Assembly (NCBI GenBank): GCA_047495785.1
Contig: JBLDXI010000015.1
Coordinates: 62,001-126,000 of the forward strand
DNA length: 64,000 nucleotides
From: Lepidodermella squamata
Taxonomy: Eukaryota; Animalia; Gastrotricha
Direction of reading: 5' to 3'
Positions within the stretch are counted from its first letter, which is position 1. The number at the start of each line of letters is the position of its first letter. The notes under the pieces were generated by a model, which saw only the letters and a list, made by a program, of their open reading frames with translations, searched no databases and had not been told where the DNA came from. Positions 48,511 through 60,218 of this stretch are shown here, piece after piece. Both the position numbers and the translations under genes were made by a program.

Positions 48511-48969
48511 ATGGATCAATTTTTGTCATACGTGCGCTCAGATGATGACGATTTTTACACTATTCTGGGTTGTGACGAAAGTTCTACGTATGACCAAATC
48601 ATGGCTGAATATCGCGCCAAGGCTGTCCAACTTCACCCCGACAAAGCAACCGAAGCCAACTCAACAGACCAATTTCAACGACTCAACGAAGCCAAAACTG
48701 TATTAACCGATGTCGACAAGAGGCGTTCCTACGATCAATTCCGCCATTCAGGTCTTGCTATTTCATGGAAAGACTGGCTCAAACTCAGCAATTCCGCGCG
48801 TGCTTCTCTCCACTTCCATTCCGGTGCAATTTCCATTAATCGTGCTTTACCAGAATCTTCAGCAGATAAAACAGACATTCCACCTGAAAGAATCTCACAG
48901 AATACGTCTGTTTCGGAGGACAATTCGCGCAACGAAATACTCACGAAGTTCCGTAATTACCAAATTTGA
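48511..48969 (+). CDS. DNAJC12: DnaJ homolog subfamily C member 12 (J-domain co-chaperone), single coding exon, 152 aa
   Basis: MDQFLSY...DFYTILGCDESS..DQIMAEY, HPDK, FQRLNEAK.VL, YDQFRHSG, and the C-terminus KFRNYQI. True start taken as ATG 48511. Confidence 0.9.
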   Translation: MDQFLSYVRSDDDDFYTILGCDESSTYDQIMAEYRAKAVQLHPDKATEANSTDQFQRLNEAKTVLTDVDKRRSYDQFRHSGLAISWKDWLKLSNSARASLHFHSGAISINRALPESSADKTDIPPERISQNTSVSEDNSRNEILTKFRNYQI

Positions 48970-49457
48970 TTGATGCTTCAAATAATAATATGTATGGTGG
49001 CTGTTTTTCCATTAGCCGTTAATTGTTTTTAATTTTTTACAAATTGAACGTATTAGTAAAAGTGCAACGTCTTATTTTTGGATGTTTTGAAATCCCTTTT
49101 GATCTTTATCATTCGTTAAACAAGTTGTTTGCCATGAGTTTCCGGGCTTCTTTAAGACAAAGCTAAAATTTATTGAGAATATGACATGAACAGTATCACT
49201 CAGTCCAGCTGCGTGCGAAAATGCTGGTACAAATGAAGATAATTCACCGATCTATCGTCTGCTGAAAACTTCTGGTTTTAATAGCAGAATGCAAGTAGTG
49301 ATACTTAGACCGATTTTACGAAGTTATATGTATCGGGTAATATGTTCGTGTATTTTTTGACATGATATGAAGTGGATAAAAATTCGAAACTTGAGTCAAT
49401 CACAATAGATAGAGAATATTATAAAACTGCGCGGCACGTGACCCTGACGGCGTTGAT

Positions 49458-49977
49458 TTATTGGTTGCTAGCGTCGTTGGTGAACGGTTTCACCTCAGTC
49501 GAACACCGGACGAAGCACGAGTCGTAGCTGCTCGAGTCCTTGCCGCTCTCGGCTGGCTGCTGTTGCTGTTGTTGGCTGTTGCTGTCGACCATGTAGCAGT
49601 AGGCAGCGCAGATGCAGTCATCCATGCCTTTGAAACAGAAACAAATTTTTTAACGATTTTGTCCATTGAGCAGCAAACTCACATGATCCGTACAGAGCGT
49701 AGCTGGGAACCAAGTGGCGCAGAGGGTGGTTCGATTTGAGATCGGGCGAGCAGAGCACTGGGCAATGGCTGCGAAGAAAAACAAGTGTGATGAAGGTTCA
49801 AAGCGCCTGTTTCGTTACTTACTTGAGGATCATGTCCATAGGCATGGCTTGCTCTTCGCTCTCGGCCTCTACGAGTGGAGCTGGGGTGGTCGTGGTTTTG
49901 CGCTGGGCTCGCAGGGCGCTTGCCACAGCCATCGAAACAGCGAAAAACAGGATGATTCTTGCAGCTAGAGATTCCAT
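49458..49977 (-). CDS. Secreted 8-Cys protein, paralogue A (136 aa)
   Basis: Exons 49977-49823, 49768-49683, 49627-49458. Signal-like MESLAARIILFFAVSMAVASA, then HCPVLC...YGSCMDDCICAAYC...SCFVRCSTEVKPF. Confidence 0.88.
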
Positions 49978-51359
49978 TATAGCTTTTGTGAGTAGTTTAA
50001 TCTCAAGGAAAAAATGCTAAATGAAAGAACGATAACTAAATGTTTTGATTGGATTGAGGGTAGGCTGATGTGTTTATAACCAGGTAGCGATTTGCAAATA
50101 GCTGTGTTTGAATCACTGGCGGGCAATTAAATAGCTCTGGCGCGCACCGGATTTGACGAATTTGCGACTCATTCATGCAAGCCAAGATTGAGCCACAAGT
50201 GTCTGTAGGCGGTGTATTTACGCCCGCTTGTCCCTCTATATATTGGAAACTCGCAAGACCCAGACATTATCTCAATCACGCGCACAACTACGGAAATGGA
50301 ATCGGAGATTGGAAATACTAATGACATCCGCGGGATATTATTATTTGCACCAATCACAAGTGGATGGTTCCCCTTTCGTCGCAAACGATTCCAAGCCTAG
50401 ACAGGTTTTAGGCCACCTCTAACAATATAGCCGGAAAGAGTGGATGATCTACCGACGAAAAAATGCTGAGTTTATATAGAGGTTCCATAAAGCTGTAATA
50501 AGAAGAGGAAAAAAGCGGGGCTCTGAGTTATTCAGCAGATGCATCCACGCAATTTTCAATCAGGAGATTGCCCAGACTTGGGCAGGTAGCTGAAATGACC
50601 ATTAGCTAGATGAGATAAGGCTCCGCGCAAAAATTTGTCAAAACATGAACTTGCGCTTAGGCAGTGGATAATATAGACGGGAAAAACACGGAATTTAATC
50701 AGTAATCGACTGAAAAACGTACAAAAAGATTTAAAATGGCGACTGCTGCGGGGTGGAACGCCCACAGCAACGCGAAAATAACGGCGGTCGCCAAACAAAA
50801 AAATGGTAATTGGCGGTCTCGAGCGGCGAGCGGCTACGGTACGACTTTTACTGCGCTTTTTTCTAGAGCGAGCGGCAGAGCCAGAGCATCCCATGAGATG
50901 CGTCATTCGCAAACGATTAATGTGTAGAAAAAGTTCGTCGATGCCGAGCTGGAACCGGATAATCAGGAGACAAAAGACTGCGATCGGAGAATCATTTCAA
51001 GTGATTTAGCGCTTTTGTTACTTAACCACGAGACCTCCCACTCATTGATTTCAGCAACGACTGTGTAGGTGCCGCATTAAAATTTGGAACAGGCGATGAA
51101 CGCCTCCGTTGCGCGATGCATGAAAATTGAACGGAGGCAGGTGGCTATTAACAGTCCTACTAATGATTTTTTATTGAAACATCATCAATTTTCGTTTGCA
51201 AGCAGCTAAAAGCATTCAATTTATTGTGGCATAAAAGCGTGATTTCAAATAATTAACGCCTAATTACGATGGATTTTCCTCGTTCATTTACAATTAAATG
51301 AGAACTATTCGCTACTGGAATGGATCATAGATCGATTTGAAAAGCTGTATACATATTGT

Positions 51360-51885
51360 TCATCTAAGGTTTGCTTTTCGATTATGAATAAGTTGGAGGA
51401 ATTGCGTCTGGTCCTCTGCGCTGAATGGTTTGGTTTTGCCGCAGCTTTTAAAGCAATCCGCATACACCTAAGAGGTAAAGGAATCAGTCAAAATCGTGAC
51501 CATGTAATAGCCGAAAAATGCTTACCCAATCACCAACAGAGTCAAGGATGTAGCAATAAGCCGCGCAAACGCAATCATCCATGCATTGTCCGTAAGATCC
51601 GTAGGCGGGGAGCATTGGTCTAAGAGGATGTCCCGAGCTCAAGTGCGGCGAACACATCGTTGGGCAGTGGCCGAGGGCTGTCTCTATATTGTTACCTTCC
51701 TCGCTGCTCGACGAATCTTCCTCACTGTTTTCGGCAGGAGGAGCCTCAGGCGTTGTTATAGTGGGCGTAGGCGTGGTGGACGTGGTGAGTTTCGACTTAG
51801 CCGCCCTTCGTTGTGCCGATGCTTCAACGACAAGAAGGCCCAGCAGCACAGCCATGGCGAGGATTTGTGACCTGCACGGCGCCAT
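51360..51885 (-). CDS. Secreted 8-Cys protein, paralogue B (155 aa)
   Basis: Exons 51885-51526, 51467-51360. Signal peptide, T/P-rich and acidic linker, then HCPTMC...YGQCMDDCVCAAYC...DWVYADCFKSCGKTKPF. Confidence 0.88.
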
Positions 51886-53271
51886 GTTTGGCTTTCTATT
51901 TTTTACTCAGTATATGATCAAGACTGAACGCCTATCATGACATAACATAAAAAGCCATGCTTATAATCAGCAATAAAAGCTTCGAAAAACGAGTATCGAA
52001 ATGAGATAACTAGTGTGGGCTGAAACAGTATCAACACGTTATACAGGAGTGTGGGCATACCCATATTTTCTTACAGTCAGATGACAACTTTTAATATGAG
52101 TGAAGTCTCGCCCTGTTCTGACGCACTCTCCCGTATTTTCAGCGCTGATGCAGGAAGGAAACTCGATACTTGACTCGTTATATGTGAAAAAAACGCTCAC
52201 ACTAGGTGACTCACGGCTACATTGAAAAATTAGCGACTGCCGAATCAGAGCGGTGCAAATAATGGTTTGTCAGTGTGAGATTTTAAAAATTCCGATTTTT
52301 TTGCGTTACGCCTTGGTAACGCGTTACGCTTTAATCTAGTAGTCATTTTTCATTCCGTGAATTTGTTCATTCACTTTTATTCATGACTCACATGGGAGGA
52401 AGCTTGAAATAAATCAGGTGCGGATGTCTCAATTCTCAGCGGAAACGCTTACCTAATGGGACTTGGTGGAAAATAACTGAAAATGAAATAAAAGCGACAT
52501 CCGGACTTGTTTTGATTTTAGATTAATGATCTCGACTACGCGCAACGGCTAGACGGCCGTCGATAAATGCGGTGAACTAAACCACCATAGGTTGGCTTTG
52601 CATGCTCGATTTGCTTTGCAGTTCGTGCGCACCACCTTTTATTATAAAATTAAAATCATTGCAGTGAGCGGGGAGTGAGTGTGCGCATGAGTTGACACGC
52701 GCCACTCTGGCAGATGCGCAAATTGCGTCGTGACGATGGCCAAGTAAACATGCAGTGTATTACACTTCATCAATCGCGCACTAATACTCTCTTGAGTGGC
52801 GGGTGTCCTGGGCGTAAAAGTGTCTCAGACTGCGACTTGGGCCGTGCCTCACTGATAGCGCAATTTATTGAAAATAGTAACATAGAAATAATAACGCAAA
52901 GAGATGGCTCGCCTCGCTGATCATACAAGTATTATTACTCACATCACAGGTGATGCTAAATGGCGATAAAAGTGCACAGCACACTCGTTAAAATTCGCGG
53001 CCTATTACCGATCGTCGCGTCAAATGAAGCAAAATGAGCCGATGAACAAGTAAACTAGTATTAGAAATAATAATCGCGATATCGTCATTATCAACGCTGC
53101 CAATCAATGCCGCGACACTTGGCTACTTACTCAACGACGAGGCTGCTGCTGCCGATGATTGCGGTGATGAAACTAATGATGCGAGCTGAGGAAACACTTG
53201 TTTGTTTTATAAATCACATCCGAGCAGTAAATTACTAAATAGTCATTATTGCCACCTTTAGATTTCGCATA

Positions 53272-54786
53272 ATGGATTTGACTGTGGCTAAAAAAGCAAG
53301 TCCTCTGGATCAAGATGCATCTACCACCGTGCCTACAGGTCTCGACCTCAGCGTAACGCCCACAGCTTCTGTCACCGAGCCGTCAGCAGCTTGCACCAAT
53401 GAGCAGAAGTCAATCAAAGCCGTCAAGGCAGAGGCTAAACCAAATCTGCTGATGGACATGATCGAGTCGGATCTCGAAGATGATGGCATGGAAGGTCCCG
53501 GAGGAAGCAAATGCCCAACACCTGTGAGCCATCTATTTCAGGCTATAACTTGAAAATTTGATGAATAAATCGGTTTTTTTCAGGGATGCGATGGAACGGG
53601 CCACATAACTGGCCTGTATGGCCATCACCGCAGTTTGTAAGTTTCCTGTCATTCGTTACCGTAATGGGAGTTGATTGATGATTTAAAGGTCTGGGTGTCC
53701 AAACCGAGCTAGAATGCCAGCCGAATTTCGTTCGCTATATGAATTGCCTGTCCAGTGAGTAATTCTTTCACTTGAACTATGTCATTATAATCTCAATTTT
53801 CTCTAAGCTGCCCGACCGTCGGATGCAGTGGTCAAGGGCACGTCAACAGCTCGCGGAACTCTCATCGTAGTTTGTCTGGTTGCCCAATGGCTCGCCTCGC
53901 GCGAGTTGCGAACAGGTCGGGAACGGCTAATAGCTTTATTCAACAAACTCAAGCGAATAACCCTCATCGACCTACGATTTCGATTACGCCATCAACGGCG
54001 GCTAAGGAACCTAATGCATGCAACTCTGCTATAGGTCAGAGAAAGCGTCCAGCCGGCGTTGTATCCGAGCGCCGCTTCGATCTATCGCCGCGTGGAAATA
54101 TGAAGCAGGCAAACTTAGGTAGCCTCAACTCTGGGAACGCGAATTCACCTACCAAGCAGGCGTCATCAAACAGCGCAGTTGACTCGAACAAAAATGACGC
54201 CAAACCAACGAAAATTCCGGCTGCTATCAGTGATCAGCAATCAGCCTTGAATTCAGCAATGAGTTTACTAGCTTTGCTGCAGCAACAGAAGTCTGCTGTC
54301 AACAAATCCTCCGACCAAGGCAACAATATTTTTTCTCCTTCAAATGTTGGAGCGTCAACTTCTCCGATGTCAGCTTACTCATCTTTGTTGCTTTTGAACG
54401 CTTTAAACTCAGCGGCAACCGCAGCGCCGATTACACCGGCTGAACCGGTCGCTGGCAATGCCCAAATTTTAGGGCCGTATCTCAATTTGCTGCTTCTACA
54501 ACAACGGCAACCGAGTCAGACTTCGCCGGGATTTGAAGGCAATAACGGAAGTCTCTTGAGCCGCAGTAGTAGTAGCAGTCAGAGCCCTTCTTCGTCGCTA
54601 TCTACCAACTCGCCGCCTCCGTTGACAAGCGTCGCCAAACCACAGCCTGACTTGCAGAAAATTCAACCACCAATTGGCGATTCAAGTGGTGAAGAAAGTT
54701 CAACCTGTACAAATAACACTCTTTTATTGCTTATGCTGCAGTCTTTGTTGAACACCGGCTCAGCTACGACGCTTGCCAAAAATTAA
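53272..54786 (+). CDS. MYT1: MYT1/MYT1L/ST18-family CCHHC zinc-finger transcription factor with two fingers, 4 exons, 449 aa
   Basis: Exons 53272-53523, 53584-53636, 53689-53754, 53808-54786. Fingers [26 protein letters not shown] and [26 protein letters not shown]. Confidence 0.88.
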
Positions 54787-55422
54787 AATGGGACACTGAT
54801 TTCTACGTAATAAATGTTGTTATGCCGTATGCCATATGTTGTTATCTTTGGAGTAAAACTTGGCAACTTGAGTGCGAAACGGGTACTTTCTTTCAAATTC
54901 TTTCAAATCGTCATTCCTTCGGTGTGCTAGTAAGTATTTTTTATTTTTTTCGTTAGAGAGAGTAAAAATTAGATTATGTCCCACGCGATATTTTGGTGTA
55001 TTCTGAAAACGTTCGCTCCCGCATCACACCATCGGGAGGGTGTAATTCGATTTCGATTTTATGAATGGTAAATTGACACTAATTTAATCGATGAACCAGT
55101 CCCCGAAGACCTAGAATACAGAAAATCAGCTGAATAACTTGCGCCCTGGGAGCTGGTGACGTGCGAAAAGCCTTGTAATCGACGCTGAACTTGAATTGAT
55201 AATAAGCCAGATTATTTGTGAGCCCATTAAAGATTAATAATAGACTCAATGTCTGTATGCCGGAATGGTGATTGAGCTGCATTTTACACATCAAATTTGA
55301 TTCGCACTACCTTCTGACTGGTCATTTCCCCGCTCTGGGATTATTTGTTTTAACCATTTTTACAAATTGCCGGGAGCTATTCAATAACCAGTTACTTATC
55401 TCTTCATTCGCGAGCAATCATC

Positions 55423-56140
55423 ATGCAGATATTTTCAGCTTTACTTGCTGTTCAGTTTCTGTTCTGCCAGTCCACATATTCAACTTATGTAGGCGATGAT
55501 GTGTTGGTTCAGAGGCGAAGTAACGACATGCTGGTTTCACACCGTACTTTCAGCCAACGAATGAAAGTTTGCTGGGACATTTACGGCACTTGCACTGACG
55601 CATGGCTGCCTGAAGTGACTGCAAAAGCTTTGTCCGTTAATTCAACTATGATGCGGAAGGCCCGCTCGGACCAGCAATTTGCTAATGTACTTCTGAAATC
55701 AGGCGGGGCTCGAGGATCGGCCTACAAGGAAAAGCTGGCACTGCTAAGTTTGTCTTACATGGGCTCCGTACAATCGCAAATTTCTCCAATTGTAGCTAGC
55801 AGAGTAAGTTTTTAATCAGTAATTTGCCCAAAATATTAGCCTTTTATACTGATAGACGTCTTGCAAGCAAGCCGCCAAAAACCAATCATCGGCAGCTTTT
55901 CAATCAGCGGCTGTGTTAGCTTCTTCTCATCGCGCAGTGCTCGGCGTTATCACTCGTTTCTGTAGCGAACTTGATCAACTTGCCCTGTGTGTTGAGGGCT
56001 CCTCTCATACTGGAATGTGCCGCGAGTGGTACTTCGGCCAGCCAGATTTATTCAGATCATTTTCGACGTGTTTAACGGCTTGCCGAAACGGATGTTTGGA
56101 AAAATGCCCTCAAACCCTGCAGCGCATTATTTTGCGCTGA
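55423..56140 (+). CDS. Putative secreted cysteine-containing protein of unknown function, 2 exons, 221 aa
   Basis: Exons 55423-55803 and 55856-56140 joined by a 52-nt gtaagt...ag phase-0 intron. Signal-like MQIFSALLAVQFLFCQSTYS; C-terminal CLTACRNGCLEKC. Confidence 0.75.
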
Positions 56141-56419
56141 CCAAATTTCATGATGAAAGCATAGTCGAGAACATTATTCGAATTATTGTGATATTCGGCG
56201 TATTCGGCATATACAGATTAAATTTTAATGTTTCGCATGTAGGAGTGGCCCAGCTTTTTAGGATGATCGATAGGTAATTGATTCCATTTATTATTGAATA
56301 AAACTAACTTGAACTGAGATAATTCGATTTGTCCTGGTTATCGCAAAAATGTAGAAATGTACACAAGACTGAGGCGACACTATGGATTTAAATTGGCACT
56401 ATGGATATTGATCATATTG

Positions 56420-56799
56420 TTATTCATTGGACCAGAAAGCAGAATCGGTTTCGTAGGGCCTCGCGATCTGGCAGGTAGGATAGCATGACGAATATTCCCA
56501 CTCGCCCATTGCATCGAACAGTTTGCAGTAACTTGTGCAAATGCAGCTATTCGCGCAGTCGTAGAATCGCTCTCCTTCGGCGCTGTCTTGGCTGAATCGC
56601 TCAGAGCATCGGTCGAGACAAATGCTAGATGTAAGCATCACTCATTACAAAGACTGATCACAGCTGGAAGTCATACTTACTTGACGTTCTTTGGAGATGC
56701 CCAGTCAATGTCATCCATATCTTCTGACAATCCGATTGAGGCAGCCATTGCCACCGAAAGGAAAGCCGCAGCATAGACAAAGAAGTAGTTCGCTTGCAT
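56420..56799 (-). CDS. Secreted 8-Cys protein, paralogue C (107 aa)
   Basis: Exons 56799-56681, 56624-56420. MQANYFFVYAAAFLSVAMAAS...ICLDRC...FYDCANSCICTSYC...EWEYSSCYPTCQIARPYETDSAFW. Confidence 0.88.
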
Positions 56800-57709
56800 T
56801 TTGAGTCGACCAGCGAGATGTAAAAGCAAAGTTAATAAAAATGTGCAAGTTTCTAATCGTAAAATATTTTAGCAGTGTGGTAAGGTTTCGCAGCACGGGA
56901 CAACGAGGCCTTCACGCGCTGGGGGTGTTCTCGTTGCTTTTGCTTCGAAACGCTAAAAGGTTGAGCTAATAGCCACCTACTCGCATAAATACCATTGTAT
57001 CCACTGCGTCCTGCGGGGTTAGAAGCGATTTTTACGTAACTTGCGGACTATTATAGCAAATAACGCAAATGCATAATTCAAAACGCTGAATCGTAACATG
57101 GGGATGATGGCATGAATGGATGGCATGAAAGCGACATGACATTTGCGAAAATCAAGTGAAAGGAATTTCCCAGGTTTGCGCAATCACTAAAAAGTGCATC
57201 GTGGGAGGTCGGCGATTGGTGAAATTGTCATTTTTGAACAAAACAAATGTGTCATGGATCATTTTAGTTCTACGTGATTCTGCGTCACATTTGCGAAAGA
57301 ACGCATGACAAGATATCGCATATCATATTTCGACCAGAAATCAAATTATTCCTCGCGATCAGGTTGCTCTACGTGCATTAATCCCTCCCATTCCCAGGAG
57401 TGGTGCCTAATTTCAATTTAATTAAGAGCCCCCTCTTTTTTCCTAATATCATTCCCCTTAGAAAATCCATTCATCAATAACAAATTGTGTAACGACGAGG
57501 ACGTCTCAGGTCTATGTCTCAGACGTTTTTAAACTCGAAGGATTTTCTTCGAATTGTTTTTGTTTTATTTTATCAGAAGCATGCCATAGAAAAATAAGAA
57601 ACATACTCCAGCCTAAATCTATATGTAAAACATTCAATTATCAGGCGCTTTCTGTGCAAATTCGACGGTACCAATGCAAGCTTTATAAACATGGCTGAAA
57701 TTAACAAGT

Positions 57710-58147
57710 TTAGGCAGATAGTTGGCTATTCCAGAATGCGGCATCGCTTTGATAAGGGCGAGCTTGGCCACACACTGGGAAGCAGGAGGCAAACGTCCTG
57801 TATATAGCAAATTTAATGCATGACAAAAGCCTGTTTTTACAATGAAAAATTTTACCATTCTCCGGAGTAGTCGAAGTACTGACAGTAAGCCCGGCAAATG
57901 CACGCATCCATGCACTTTCCATAGTTGATGCCCGCCGATTGCCTACGGTCTTGGTAACGCCTGCAGGCTGGCACACAGCGGCTGTTTTAAAATATCGTTA
58001 GGATATCTCTGAAATGACCTGATCGAGTTTCACTCACCTTAGATCGCTGGTAGTAGTGGATTCTGCTGGATTTGCGGAAGCGGAAGCGATCAGAACAGTA
58101 GCTACCGCTAGCGTCATCGCCAGAAAGCTGACTTGAGAGATAGGCAT
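57710..58147 (-). CDS. Secreted 8-Cys protein, paralogue D (107 aa)
   Basis: Exons 58147-58038, 57981-57856, 57797-57710. MPISQVSFLAMTLAVATVLIASASA...RCVPAC...YGKCMDACICRAYC...EWTFASCFPVCGQARPYQSDAAFW. Confidence 0.88.
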
Positions 58148-59268
58148 GGCGTGCGTAATGCGTCGGTGAAATTAACGATAACTTGAAGCTAAGAATCAGA
58201 GTGAACCAAAATGTGGCTAATTATTAAACCCCGCGTTCATATTAGAGAACAAGTTCAGATATATGTACCATGCCCGCACGATTTGCGATAGCGGAAATCC
58301 CACCTGGCATGTTATGATTAATCAATCGCGAACACGTACGACAAGTGGACGCGATAAAAAGCTATAAAACACAACGCACTTCAGGGCCTTCCTGCGTCAC
58401 AGCATTGCACAGCAGATGAGTTGCGCCTCGCCTGAGGTCAAACAGGAGTAAACATGGCGAAGCCACCGCTGATGGCGCGCGCCACTCGAAGAGATCAAAC
58501 TCTCTGTTTTGCGCAAAATACATAGTTTTCGCCGCCGCCACTCTGATCATGTCACGACGCACGGCATGAAGTTTCGCGCTCGTTCAAATCTAATTAGTCG
58601 CGCGTGCACAACTTTTTGGTCGAGATCAAGTTGGCGGCCGACAAATTAACAAGACACTCGCTAATTTTTTTGGGCATGACAAAGTGTCTCAATTTGCCAG
58701 TTTCGGGCGAGAAAAACAGCCGAGCAACCAAAACAGTGTGTCAGCGTCAAAAATGTTGGGCGATCGCGTGAGCTTTGATCGAGTTGTGAGTCAGGCAAGC
58801 ATGTGACGCCAAACCCCGACATTTTAGTAAGCTATTTGCGAGCACGATGCACTACTTCGACTCGAAGATTTCGCTGGTGCACTCAAGACCGAAGTCTTTC
58901 GGGTAAGTTATAAGGATGCTAGATCACGTCTGATTTCACTGTTATGATAGTAGCTATCTATATCGAGTACGAACGAATCGATGGACAACGTTGGCAGGTT
59001 ATTGGCTTAATCCGCAAATAATCATGATTTAAGTAGCTCAGTGGCTAAAAATAGCGTGCGTAGATAAATTTACAGAGAAGAGGGAATATTCGCCGGGTGC
59101 TTCGCAAACGATGAAGAAATGCCGGATTCAAGTGAAATTCGCCGCTTTGCGAGTAAGCACTTGACGCCTGTTTATAAGAGCGCTATACTTGGATAACATA
59201 TATATAGGCCGTAGGCGGGCATTTAAATCACTGTTTAAATTGTAGTCATCAATAACTGTCAGCGTAGG

Positions 59269-59405
59269 CTGGGACATGTCGGCCCTGTCGCGAATTATCA
59301 CGATTTACTGCCCAGGATCTGGCTAAATAGCATCGGACACGGGCTGGATCAATTGGCCATGATTACGAGGACTTTCCTAGAATGTCGACCCGACGACGTG
59401 TCCAG
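59269..59405. repeat. Short imperfect terminal inverted repeat (possible tiny MITE)
   Basis: ctgggacatgtcg at the left; cgacgtgtccag at the right (reverse complement ctggacacgtcg). Confidence 0.2.
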
Positions 59406-60218
59406 GACGTCAACAAGGCATGAACAAAACACTCGAATGAATCACGTTATCTTTTTTATTTTTTCTCAATGATTTTGCATGATTTTTTTCATCAGTTGCT
59501 TTGTCTTCGAAAACCAAAAACCAATGTTGTTCAGCTAGATATCAATCAGTCATCCATTCATTCACTGTCTGTTTTAGCAGGTACATTGTAATTGACTCAT
59601 CCTTCGAGTTCAAGATAAAAACACACAAAAGAGAAGCACGAAAAAGAGAACTCTACAATTTGCTGATTATTTTGTAGTTTTGTCGTTAGATAATAGCGGT
59701 TTGTGATTTATCTGCTATACGTGAAGTATAAACTCATAAGTAGACGCTTTATTTCACAGCTCTTCTATATAATCAAAATTCGTTTCTCGAGTTGTAGTAA
59801 TACGGGGCGGAGAAAGTCGAACGGTATTGTTTATTTTGTAGTCGTAGAAAAAACGCGCGGCAAAAAACGGACACAAAAGACACAAAAAATAAGAAGAAAT
59901 ACGAACCGATGATTATTACTGTTTTCTATAGCAATAAGAAAAGGAGGCAGAGAGAGATGAACGCAAGATGATGCGAAAATAAAGTCACACGGCTATTGAT
60001 CAGACGACTACGATCAGACGACAAACGCGAACACATTTCCAAGGTAAAAACAGTCGAGTAATTTTAGTCGAACTTTTTATTCAAATCATCGCTCGAAAAT
60101 GTGTTCGTTTAAACAGGGTAAAAATGCGGGACAATGTTCAATTGAGCGCTTTGGCACGCCGGAAGCAAGAGAGAGAGAGTTGGTGACGGGAGGGGCATGT
60201 CTGCATAGTCTGCTGCCT

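Noticed and set aside
51678-51695. gtaac...acag segment in paralogue B resembling an 18-nt intron
   Set aside because: Far below the 51-60 nt seen for short introns here, and it reads through in frame.
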